Both the position numbers and the translations under genes were made by a program. A stretch of DNA of 64,000 bases, from assembly GCA_018398765.1 (NCBI GenBank), contig JAHBMJ010000013.1, positions 1 to 64,000 on the forward strand, written 5' to 3'. This DNA comes from Chromera velia. Its lineage: Eukaryota. Below, piece after piece: positions 25,112 through 37,319 of this stretch (positions are counted from its first letter, which is position 1; every line of letters begins with the position of its first letter). The notes beneath the pieces were generated by a model. That model was not told the origin of the DNA. It worked only from the letters and a program-made list of their open reading frames with translations, and made no database searches.

Positions 25112-25645
25112 TTATCTTAAGATTTTCCTCTTCTTCAAAAACTTGACATTCATTGCGTGCCGATACTCCCACTGGCTCGTCAGGAAACTGTCATCGCACA
25201 CGGTCGGGTAGAATGTCATCGGGCCCGTAGGCGTCATCGGAGTTTGTTTGCATCTGATTTCGCTTTCACATTTGATTAGTCGAACTTTGTTGCACTCTTT
25301 GTTGCACGGCCGGTAGTACATCCCATACGCGATATCGCAGGTCTCGTCAAACATGCGTGCCGCTTTGCACTCACACATCTTTTTTGTGAAGTTCATGTGC
25401 CAAGAGTAGTGCCATACACATGCACTTTCTCCTTCTTCGCATCATGGCCCCTCAGCTTTCTTTTTTCGAATCGGAAAGTCCCCCATTCTCAAAAGTGCCT
25501 CCGTATGTTCACAGTCCTCTGGTATGCAGTCCAACCTGCTTCTTGAGTTAAAGATGGGCTTCTCATTATCCTTCGTTTCGAGGTGGAGCGCAAGGGACAA
25601 AGATGGGACGGAAGCCGCAGCAAGGAGACGGCAAAAGATTTTCAT
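25112..25645 (-). pseudogene. Intronless Cys-rich secreted-type ORF (177 codons) interrupted by one in-frame TGA (25444-25442); pseudogene or recoded gene
   Basis: Listed ORFs 25645-25442 and 25396-25112 are in the same frame, joined by KAEGP*CEEGESACVWHYSWH-MNF. Signal-like N-terminus and 12 Cys after it. Confidence 0.55.
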
Positions 25646-26356
25646 CCTGAGTTAGTGCATCGCGTCTGCTGTCTCGACCTGCGACTGCAAACAGAGAGAG
25701 TCAGTCCGTTTACTTGACTGCTTCGAAATTACTCTGCCTTCTTCGCACAGTAGAGTACGTGCATACAGTGACCGCGAGAGCCAGCGTTCGTATATATGCC
25801 TGCATGCGTTCGATTTCTCGCCTGCATCATGCATTGTGCGGCAAAAGAAATCATTTCTCGCTCGAATTGCGCGCTATGCACATGATTGCATGCATGGTTT
25901 GCGCACTCATGCAGTCTATCTCAGTCTGCCCACAATGAAACAACAGCCTGAATTGAGTCTGTTCGACGACCCTCACAAAGACTTCTCAGGCAAGTGAGAG
26001 GGCACACCATGGCACACCTGCACGATTGATGAGACCATGGAAACCCGTCTAGCTTGTCTTTAAGACGTCGGCATCTTTTAGCAGCTTGTTCGGGCTCAAT
26101 TGTCGGCGTTGCAACACAAACAACATCCTGCGTATACGCATCCAAGGTGTACGAGGACGATCCTTTCAATGTCGGCCACGGCGCTGTGTGAGGAGGAGAA
26201 GGCACTCTTGAGGGGACGTCGACCTGATGGCGTGAATGGTTCGTCGTTCATTCGACTGAGAAAGCCAAGTGCACCATTTTGTAATGTCTGCACCAGCCGA
26301 CCCTCACTCCCCTCTTTGATTTTGTCTTTTCCTCTCTCTATGTTAGTGAGACATGT

Positions 26357-26417
<61 letters not shown>

Positions 26418-26978
26418 TAGACAGACAGACAGACAGACAGACAAAGACAGGCAAACAGACAGACAGACACAGACAGACAGACAGACAGGCAGGCAGACAG
26501 ACGGGCAGACAAATCATCAGGGGAGAGACGGACAGACACAAACAAATACGAGACGGACACAGGAAGATCAATGCAGACGGACAGACAGAACGACCGGCAG
26601 ACAAAAATTTCGAAAAGACAGATGGTTTGGGATGAATCATTGTTTTTGGTGCCTTTTTTACTCTACTGCTGCTTTAATTGGTTCGTCCGCCGCATTTTCG
26701 ATACCAGTTATTCAGGCCTTTCTTCCTTCCTAAACGCTGGCACACATATAGATAGGCAAAAAAGGGATGCGGGGCATTTTTCAAAGATGTTTGTGGCTTC
26801 GATGCACTCTCTCGGAATGTTTGTGCCTCTCCCTTTCTTCCTCTGTGTGTGTGCATAATTGTTTTCTTTCCGTATCCATTTTGTTTTCAGTAGCCCTCCT
26901 TTCTGCCTTCCTTGCTCTCAAAAATCTTTTCCGTTTCTTCTTACACGCCCCTCTCTCTATCCCATGATCTGCACGCAG

Positions 26979-27353
26979 CGCGTCCTCCGTGCACATTCGC
27001 GGAGGATGCGTTCAAGGGTATGGGGTTTCGTTGGGGGGGAGGGCTGGGAAAGAAGGCAGACGGAATCAAGACCCCGTACTTTTTTATCAGAAGAACGGCG
27101 GAAGAGGAGACAGGTATGTGCAAGATTCCTGGCGAAGGGATTCGATATGACGTGAAGCTCCTCCAGGATGTACGTCAGTTTTTGATCTTGTCTGCATGCA
27201 TGGTCATTTTCATATCCCCACAAAGAAGATTTGTTTTGGATCTGTCTCATTCGAGTTTTCTTACCATCCCACTCGGAGACGTAATCACCAATTTTATATT
27301 TTTTTCGCTGCAGCTAGTCTACAAGTATTTCCAATGGCCCAAACAATCATGCG
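26979..27353 (+). CDS. Exons of a G-patch-domain protein (copy 2), possibly decayed; gene ends not determined
   Basis: Exon 26979-27169 encodes AFKGMGFRWGGGLGKKADGIKTPY (G-patch) then ETGMCKIPGEGIRY, aligning with ETGLCRMPQGKKRY of copy 1; possible next exon 27314-27353. Confidence 0.55.
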
Positions 27354-27451
27354 GTATTTGTCTTTTTTTTTCTGAGACTATTGGATTACGTTTGAATCTA
27401 CACGTGTGCGTTTGCACAGACTAAATGATTCAGCTCCCATAATCCCTTTTT

Positions 27452-28070
27452 ATAGGGGTGTATGACACCGAGGGGGGGGTGGTGTGCAGCGCTACGAGAG
27501 CTGAGGGTGGATGCCCCCCCCCGGTATGATTCAGAATGAGGTCATCTGAAAACGCCGGACTGCGGATGGCGGGGGAGTGTGAGGCATAATGGTAGACAAA
27601 AAAAACTCCTAACTTCTCAGCTATACAATATCCTAAAATCTCTTCAACTATTTAAGACTATCTTAAAACTCAAAAACACTAATATATCTTAAACTATCAG
27701 ACACTATTTAAAAGTGTTTTCAAACTAATCATGTTTTGATTGATGTCACTAGCTTAGTTAATAATCGTGTGCGATCTCATTCATGTGCAACTTGTCAATG
27801 ACTGTGCAACTCATCAGTAATTTCTCGATCTCCGAACAGTGAGAGATGCTGAGAGGAGAGGGAAAGGCGATAGAGGGAAAGGCGATAGAGTCATACATGC
27901 ATGTACTCGATCTCGGTCCATCGGGACACCATGTATGAATGCGATACACTAATTGAAACACCTGACTACCCCAACGCGAAGTCATCCCGATACGTTCTGA
28001 CAAGTCTATGGACCCCCTTCAGGCACGAGGTCCGACCTATCTATAGATATATAATAAAAATGACTCAGAG

Positions 28071-28105
<35 letters not shown>

Positions 28106-28438
28106 ACTCTCTCTCTCTCTGAGACTTTTCCCGGTTTGCACACACAAAACATGTTATGGAGCATCGTTGCATGCATGGGCCTCTAAAAAAAAAAATACAT
28201 GCATGCATGCATACATGCATTAAAAAGCTGAACGTCAACCTCGGTGGGCAACTCCGCATGGACACCGGGGGGGGTTTTCCCTTCTCGCACGGGCCGGTAG
28301 CAGCGGACACCGAGGGGGGCGGTGTCCGGCGCATCGGGCGCGAAGCGCCCAATGCCTGTCCCGCCATCCACGGGCATAACGGAGTAAGCTTGGATGCCCC
28401 CCCCCCTCCGGTATCCTAATAGGAGAATACACCCCTAT
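27452..28438. mobile_element. 987-bp non-autonomous DNA transposon with 12-bp TIR and 8-bp TSD
   Basis: ATAGGGGTGTAT (27452-27463) / ATACACCCCTAT (28427-28438) perfect inverted pair; direct repeat CCCTTTTT at 27444-27451 and 28439-28446; subterminal repeats gacaccg(a)gggggg (~27464, 28262, 28307) and ggatgcccccccc..ccggtat (~27509, 28392). No transposase seen. Confidence 0.85.
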
Positions 28439-30712
28439 CCCTTTTTGATATCCTCTCTGTGGTCCCACTACTTTGCTTTCTTCAGGATGTTCCTACATGA
28501 GCTGAGATTGTTTTTCAGCAGCTCTGTAAGTGTGCTGCTCTGATCGGCTCTTCTATTATAATTGTGAAGTTCCTACTTGACTTGCTACATAGTTGTGCCA
28601 ACATGTACCAATTTACGTATATTTTATCATCTTGTCTGTTCATTTCATTTCTATCTCTTCGACTTTTGTATGTCTTGTTTATGATGCAGCTGCCGAGAAC
28701 TACTATTCCAGTTGCATCAAGAGACCCCAATCAACCGAGTAAAAGTGAGAAGGTCAGAGCAGCAGAAGGACCTCAGTATTTCATTACTTTCTTGGGATTT
28801 CTACCCTTCCTACCTCTCTACGTATTTTCTTCCTTCAATGACAAATATGCAATTCTATTGACACACGTAAGGACGCATCCAAATTTTTTGATCCTACCTT
28901 TCTACGTATTTTTTTCCTTCAATGACAAATGTGCACTTCGACAGATAGTTCTTTTTGGTCTACGAATGTCTGCGGCCTCTAACCCCTGAAATCTGGGAAA
29001 TCAGATGTCTATCAAATATGTATATATCTTGAAGTGATCTTACATCTTTAGTGGTTGTCCGTTTTTTTATAGGACCGGAAGTGGAAGGCGAAGGAGGCAA
29101 ACAGAGTCACAAAGGTCCAGACGTCAGTCAGTGTTGCGCAAGGATCTCTGTGTAAGATCAGATCAGGACTGCGAAAAAGCATTCAGTAAATTTGCGACCT
29201 GCAGAAGTATCCAAAACAATCACAAGAATAGAGCAAAAAAAAGACACAACATCCTTCTCCGTGCTTTCAAGTGAGACAAAGTAGATAACGACGCAAGATA
29301 CAGGTGTTCATCCACTTTTTGACCGCATTCCTGGGGATTTTCTGACTTGTTGATGGGATCTCCACTCGTTTGGCTGGATGCATGTCTGCCAAAGAAAGCC
29401 TTAACTTCGCTCCTGCACCTCTCTATGGAAGACGAACCTTCATCTCCCTTCTTTCTTAAGATTCCTTGTCTGCTCGCGTCGGGTTCCTGTGAACCCACAA
29501 ATCTATCCGCAATTCCTACTCTCCTGATTGAGTAGGGGCGCATTGGGTCCTTCTCTCTCTCTCTTTTTCTCTTGGTGGAAGCATATGCACATGCAGTGGA
29601 CCTAGCTGCATTCGATCCCACTGTACATATGTAAACACCCAGTTTTCTTGCTTTCCTACCCAGCCGTCTCGTGCCGTCTCCATTAAATCAACTGTGCTTC
29701 AAATTCTGATCGTGCTATGCTGCATGCAGGAACTGCAAAAGATTTGGAAGCTCTTGCAGAACATCCAAATCCTGCAAGATCGAAGGGAGAAAGGGCATAA
29801 GCTTTTCCCGAACCAGCGGAAGGTCTGTAATTTTTGACCTGCCTAGGGGCATCAGAAAGTGTTCGGGTCTCCATCTATCAGTCTTCCCCCTTCTACCGCC
29901 CCCCTTGCTTTGCCTTGCTTAAGAGTTTTAGACTTCATCCACGCTTTGTGGACTGTATCGGCTTCTTTCTGGCTCTAATCATCTTTATGCTTTCTCTTTT
30001 CCTTCGTTTCCTGAAATTCCTTGTTCGTGCAGAAGCTGGCCCGGAAGGAAGAGGCGGAGAGGAGCCCCACATACCACCCCCAACCTCTCCACCAACCCCC
30101 TCTCCAAACCCCTCCAAAAAAGAGGCAGAGATCCCTCTCGGAGTCAGTCGCACCGTAACTTGTACGTCTATGCATTCCCATTCCCTCTTCTTACACATAT
30201 GCAGCTTTTTTACTCCTATTTATTTGATGATGTGTCTCTCAACCTCTACAGCGAGCCTCTACAGCCCCTGTATCTGCTTTGTGTGTCACCTGTATCCGCT
30301 TTCTATGTTTCTACTTCGTAGTTGCCAGCTCTAGCTCCCAGCTTGTCAGTCTGTCCACACCAAAGAAACGAAAAGGAAGAAGAAGAAGAAGAAGAAGAAG
30401 AAAGCTAGGGTGCAGTGAAATGATTTAGTCCATGTGCCTTGTTTTTCAAGCTAGTCCTTTTTTGACCTACCAGAATTCTGAGTCAGGGCACACGGTCGCA
30501 TTAGTAAATATAGGATACAGATATTGCAACATCATGTATAATGTCTGCATGCTTTCTTTCCGCTATCCATGCACTACTGTATACATGCATACATGCATGC
30601 ATGCAAGCCCTCCACCACCGGAAGTTCGAGGCCCAGCTCTCCTGCGGGCGCTGATACGGCGGTCAGTCATCCTGTCCTTTTCCTTCCCCGTCGCAACTGC
30701 AATGCTGTGTAG

Positions 30713-30839
30713 TAAGCGTCCACTTTTCTGACCGTATCGAATTGGGGGGTGCATGTGTTCAGATAGGAGGCACAGGCATGCAGACAGACAGACAGTCTAT
30801 ATGACTTTTCTTTTCCCCTTTTCTTTTCCCTTTTTTCGT

Positions 30840-30870
<31 letters not shown>

Positions 30871-31797
30871 AACAGACAGACAGACAGATAGATAAGCAGT
30901 CTATATGACTTCTCTTTTTCTCTTTTTCTTCTTTTCTCAGATACACAGAGAGGTAGACCGACAGACAACTAGGCAGACAGATTTTCATGTCTCTGTCGTT
31001 TTTTTTTTATAGCAGTCAGACAGATAGACAGGTTTGTGTCTCTCGTTTTGTTTTTTTTATAGGCAGACAGACTAACTGACTGACAGACAGACAGACAGAC
31101 AGATCGATAGACAGACAGACAGGTAGGCAGGCAGGCACACAGGCAAACAGTCAGACAGAGTGATCCTTAGACAGACAGATCAATAGACAGACTGTCAGTC
31201 AGTTAGTCAGTCAGTCAGTGAGACAGACAGTTGGTCAGTGAGACAGAGAGACAGGCAGACAGATAGACATTCATATAGATGAAGCGAGGAGTCAGACTCT
31301 ATGAGGGGATATGGGGTGTAGGCATCGGTACGTGGAGGAGGAGATATCCTTCTTCGAGTCAAAGGAAGCTCTAACGAGTCAAAAAGAATAACATTCTGAC
31401 GAATTCACCCTTTTATAGTTTCGGAGGGAGAGATTATGCTCGTTTATGCCCTTTTTTCTTCTTATTTCTCCTTTTTCTTCCTCTGGGGTGAATGCAGGGC
31501 TAGATGTAGGGCCTCTGATGGGACTTTGCCCACCCCCTTTGGGGAGGGGGCAGCGGCCGCCTCTGCAAACGCGGTGTCTGCCACCAGCTCCTCGGAGCTT
31601 TCTGCAAGATCATTGAGGTCGGTTGCCGCATTCATGGAGTCGGTGCATGGGGCAATATTTCAGTTTTCTTCAGATAGAAAAGAGACAGTGTTTTCACCTC
31701 CTCTCACATTTCTTGAGACCTGCTCGTGCCGGGTTCCTGTGAACCTGTAACTCCGCAATTCCCACTCTCCTAATCAAGTGGAGGCGCATTGGCTTCT

Positions 31798-31840
<43 letters not shown>

Positions 31841-32593
31841 GCCGTTTCCTCACTGTCTCAGGTCTCCTTTGCCTCTTCAATTGGCGCGTCACTCACTTTC
31901 TTTCTCTCAGTGCTTCTCATTGTTTGGTTGATCAGCCGTCTCTTCTCCATTTTCGGAATAGCAAATCCCTCAGAATTTGATTCGTCCACCTCGTCAGGCT
32001 TTCTCACTCGTCACTCATTCGCACTTGTTCTACCAGTATTTTCTATGTTCAGCAGGTAGTCGTCCCTGGTTCTCCTATCGTTCCCCATTGTCCAGAGTGT
32101 CTCATTTGCCTTCTTGACTAACTGGCTGACTGACTGACTGACTGACTGACTGGCTGACTAACTGACTGACTGACTGACTGACTCAATGACTGATTGACTC
32201 ACTTGAGTAATCCATTGAATTGAAAGGAAAGACAGACGGGACTCCCAGGGAGTGCACTCAAATGTGCAGGGGGTTTAAGTACCTGTAATTGCAATTCCAT
32301 ACAGCAAGCGTCCGCTTTAATTTCTGACCGTACCAAATTGGGGGGTGCATGTATTCAGATAGGAGGCACAGGCATGCAGACAGATAGACAGTCTATATAA
32401 GTTTTCTTTTCTTCTTCTCTTTTCCTTTTTTTTGTACAGACAGACAGACAGGCAGATAGATTTTCATGTCTTTGTCGTTTTCTTTCTGTGGCAGTCAGAC
32501 AGACAGACAGGTGTGACTCTCTCGTTTTAGTTTTTTCATATGCATACAGACAGACAGACAGACAGACAGACAGAGACAGACAGACAGATAGCC

Positions 32594-32626
<33 letters not shown>

Positions 32627-33409
32627 CGCAGGCAGGCAAGTAGGCAGACAGACAGACAGACAGACAGGCAGGCAGACAGGCAGCCAGAGAGAAGAAACGA
32701 TAGACAGCAGGATGCTCAAATAGATAGCTAAATGGACAGACAGTTGGTTAGTCAGTCAGTCAGTCAGTCAGTTGGTCAGTCAGTCAGTGAGACAGATAGT
32801 TGGTCAGTGAGACAGACAGATAGACAGACAGACACGCAGGCAGGCAAGTAGGCAGATAGACAGACAGACAGACAGGCAGACAGACAGGCAGGCAGACAGA
32901 CAGGTAAAGAGACAGAAAGGATAAAGCGAGGAGTCTATGAAGGGATATGGGGTGTGGGCATCGGTACGTGGAGAGGGGAGGAATCCTTCTTTGAGTCAAA
33001 GAAAGCTCTAATGAGTCAAAAGCAATCTCCTGAATTCACCCTTCTCGCAGTATTAGAGAAATTTAATTTGGAAGAGACTGTGCTCGCTCATGCGCTCTCC
33101 TCTTCTTTCTCTTTTCTCCTCCTTTGCAGTGGATGCAGGTCGACAGATGATGTTTCTACAGCCAGCTCTGCAAGTGCCTCTACACTCCTGGCTACACCCT
33201 ACAGGTCGGTTCCTAGATTTGGTGTGTAGGCTCGATGTTTATGTGGTGGAATAAATCGTTTTTCTTCACACAGTGTCTTCACTTCCTTTCAAATGGACAG
33301 ATGCCCGTACCTTTTTTGTGTTCTCCTGAGAGGCCTTGCACTGGGTTCATGTGAACCCGCAAATCTACAATTCCAACTCTTTTTATCGAGTGGGGGCGCA
33401 CTCGGTCCT

Positions 33410-33469
<60 letters not shown>

Positions 33470-34290
33470 CCTCTTTTTCTCTCTCTGTCTTTATCCTGAA
33501 TTCACCCTTCTGGCATCGTGGAATAATTTGGAAAAGGCGGTGCTCACTCATATATTTTCTCCTTCTTGTGTGTTTCTCCTCTTTTGCGGTGAATGCAGGT
33601 CAACAGAGGCTGCAGCTTCTGCTTCCAGTTCTTTGAGGTCCTCTATGCTCTCACAGACTGTAGCCCATAGGTCGGTTCCTAGATTTGGTGTGTGGACTCG
33701 ATGTATGTGGAGTCCGAGGCGAAAAGACAGAAAAATGCATCGACAGGCAAGCATACAGGAAAACAGATAGACAGGCAGACACAAACACATACACAGACAG
33801 GCAGACTGAGAAGCAGATATACAGATCGATGGACAGACAGGCAGACAAATAGGCAGTCAGATCGGTGGAAAAGAGATGAAGAGAGACCAAGCAAGATGAT
33901 ACAAAAAGATACTGGCACAGCAAGGGAACAAGCCAAACCATAGCAGCGTAGGGGAGCAAACAACCTAAAAGACAATAAAATTAAAAAGGACGGAGGAATG
34001 AAAAGGGATTAGCAGTGGACGCGGAGGTTTATCATCTGAGCACCTTTGAGATGGTACTTCTCTACTTCCTATCAGTGGTTGTGGGATGTGAAGCTATGTT
34101 TCAAAGTCCGTTCAACGGATTCACTCAAACGTCGCCCAAGTCGATGGGTGCTTACGTGGTGCGTGATGTAAGGAATCCAACTGAGACAGATGCAGCAAGA
34201 GACTGGCTACAAAGTCGAACGGAAAACATGAACTTCCGTTTCTTTCATGGATTCTTCCTCTACATTTGCTTGTTTACAGAGTTGAGGCTG
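30713..34290. repeat. Tandem partial copies (B, C, D) of the 20.0-21.9 kb duplication unit, with decayed peptide exons on the - strand
   Basis: Repeated blocks at ~30713/32305, ~31278/32920, ~31725/33337, ~33030/33496; exon homologues TDL*GVARSVEALAELAVETSSVDLHPLQRRRK (internal TAG 33201-33199) and TDLWATVCESIEDLKELEAEAAASVDLHSPQKRR. Confidence 0.85.
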
Positions 34291-35767
34291 TCGAACAATT
34301 AGAGGATGATGATATGTTTTTCGATTCGGATGACACCGATGACATTTGAGGGAGAGGGGAGTGTGACCGTTGTACTTCTAGAATTTATAACGCCGCTTTA
34401 CATTTTTTTATCTTACATAATCTTACAAACATTAAAAAAACCTTAGTGAATAATTGAATGCACGAATTATTTGTATGTGCATCATTTGTACGTTTAACAT
34501 CATTATCTGATCATCATCAAACGCCATCGCCATCAAGGTCTATGATCAGACGGTTTGTAGGCTTTGAATCTAGGCTTTGAATATTAGGTAGTCAAGTAGG
34601 GCCCGGGGACTGTAGGGGAGGTGAGCTGCCTGGGGGCTGCTACTGCGACTGTGAGCATAAAGCATATAGTTCGATAGATGTAGGTTGTTATCTCTATCGA
34701 GTGTTAAGCTAGATATTAAGCAACAATAAATCTAATTTGACATATGAATGAATGAATGAATGACTATAGCCGTCGGAGCCTAGCTCTTGCAGTCTATGTT
34801 TATGCAAGCCTTATTCAAGATCCTAGCTCTACTTCAAGAGACGGTCGGCTGAAGCAAGACTTCAATAGCGAAGCTGAATTGGAATCAGAGGAAAAATCGA
34901 GAAACAACAAGTTAGAGAATGTTTAGCGAACTGATTCAAGTGAGTAAAAAGAAATACAAAGCTCTCGAATAATTTTCATAGCGCTTTCGGGGTCTGCCTT
35001 CAAGCTATCCCACAATCATTTCCTCGCCTCTTTCTCTCCCGGGTCTGCTCCCTCCACCCCCAAATTACAATTCACTCTGAGTCCCTGCAACCGATGTGCC
35101 CGTCTCTTAGAGTCAATCACCCACAACCTCTCTCTTGCAGAGGCCCACCGAGGGTAAACCAACAGTCTATGCTATAGGTCGTCAACTTTCCTCCCTTCCA
35201 TGCAAGATATATGAGGATTATGCTAGGGATTATGATAGATTATGATTAGGATTTATTAATTCTAAATGTGTGACAACCTTTTTTATAATATTTCATACTT
35301 ATCAATTACTGGATCAATTACCTTCTTTAAGAGCCTTTTTAAACTCTAGTTCGCGCTATATATAAGTTGCTGCATGAGTCATGATGATGGAATAAAACTA
35401 GCCCATATGAGTTAAAACACTGAGTTTATTTCTCATCTGACATTGCAATGTATAGTAGTATAAGCACACTACACTTTCTAGTACAACTTAAATTTTAAAA
35501 CAAGAATCGTTGTCATCATGGTAACTTAGATCGTGGTAGCTATTCATTGTGAATCTCTGGTGGAGTAAACATGCTTTCAAGTTTGCCTGGCCTTGAGGAT
35601 CGGCCCGGATCTAGGTCTGGATCGCCTAGGCTTTGACAGTGTGACTAAGCATTTCAGCGACTTCACCTGGGACTTCACTGATCTACTCCACTGGCCCTCC
35701 CACTGAACCTGAGTCTGCATGACGCTATTTAATTAAAGTGTTTTTGACTCCCTGTCACAAATTGTGC

Positions 35768-37271
35768 TTAACTTGTCGCGTCGTCGAAAGGCGCCAAAGA
35801 GGCCTGAGCCCCACTTGGATCAAAGCTCTGCCCCTGGTTAGTGCCTGGGTAGCCCTCCAGCCTCGCCCTCATGGCTGAGGAGGACGCCGCAGCCAGATTG
35901 GTGGGGGACCTGGATTGTAGATGGACTGACAATGGCACCTCCTCGTCCTCAACTCCCCCCCTGCCCTCGTCTAGATTGAAGTGATGACTCGGACGCTGCT
36001 GGGGGCCTGGGAAGGACATCGGACCCTGAGCATAAGAAGAGGAAGAAGAAGAAGAGGCCGCCGCCGTCGCAGCCGCTCCCTGCATCCCCCTCATCGGTCC
36101 AAACCCCCCGCGGGGAGAGTGTCCATGTGTCCCCCCATATCCCCCCCTCATTCCCCGAGGAGACTGAGCAGCATAATTACTCATCCTCCTCTCCGGTGCA
36201 GCTCCAAACTGAGCGTAAGGATGTGCCTGTCTCCCCCCTCTCTGCACCAAATGAGGCAGACCCTCGGACCCAGAGGGCGACGGGGCGACGCCAGGGAATC
36301 CCCCTCCTCGGCCCGGTCCGAACCTCTGTGGGGGCTGTGGGCCCATTCCGGGCCCCGGGGCCCCGGCAGCATGAGGGGGGCCCCGGCTGGCCTTTGGGTC
36401 AACAAACACATCTGCAGGAGTAAATGTCAAAAAAATTGGCGGAAGCTTTCGTGCCTTCCTTCTTATAAGTACACTGAGTGGTCTGTCTAATCAAACGAGG
36501 AAAAGTCACATACAAGAAAAGAACAAACACCCTATGTGTCGCAGAAAGACATCTGTGGTGTAAAAGGAAAGCGATCGGCAGCAGTCTGCTGCCTCACTCA
36601 CGGGATTTTTCTTTCCTTCAGAATTCGGCACACGGGAGGAATCCAAATAGGAGGACACACAGGAAGAATCCCAATAGGAGGGCTCCGTCTAATCACTCGT
36701 TTACCTCCTCTTTGTTGCATGAGCAGCTTGCAAAATACCCGGAAGAGAAAATCTAGGGAAAAGTGTAACGTGACAGATGGAAGAAACTGGCGGTACAGCG
36801 ATCGAATGGAAGGAACAAGGCTGACGACATGTGACGGAATACATCGGTCAGCACCCAGTCAAGCACAGACATGCACATCCAAACCACTCCGACAAACAGG
36901 AAGCAAGAATGGGGACAGTCTCCGTCTCCCCATTCCTCTTCTCTCTTCGTCTCTGAACTTTTAGCAGGCAGCACGGGAGTTTCGACACAGAATCAGAGAA
37001 GCAACTAACTAACCCTCAAGAAAGGCGGCATAGTGGGCGACTTCTGTGGCTGCAGCGAGATCAGCCTGCAAGAGGAGGGGAGGTGCGTGCGTCAAGGAGA
37101 CAGAGAAACAGAGAGGGGCGGACGATGCTCCCAAAAAAGAAGGAAAGAGACGGAAGATAAAAAAAAATAAAAGGAAGAAAATCCAGATGGGAAAAAATGC
37201 CGGACGGGCGGAATCATTGCCCCCTCCTGCAGCTTACTGACAGCGCACAGCGGGATCCACTCAAGTAGTAG

Positions 37272-37319
<48 letters not shown>

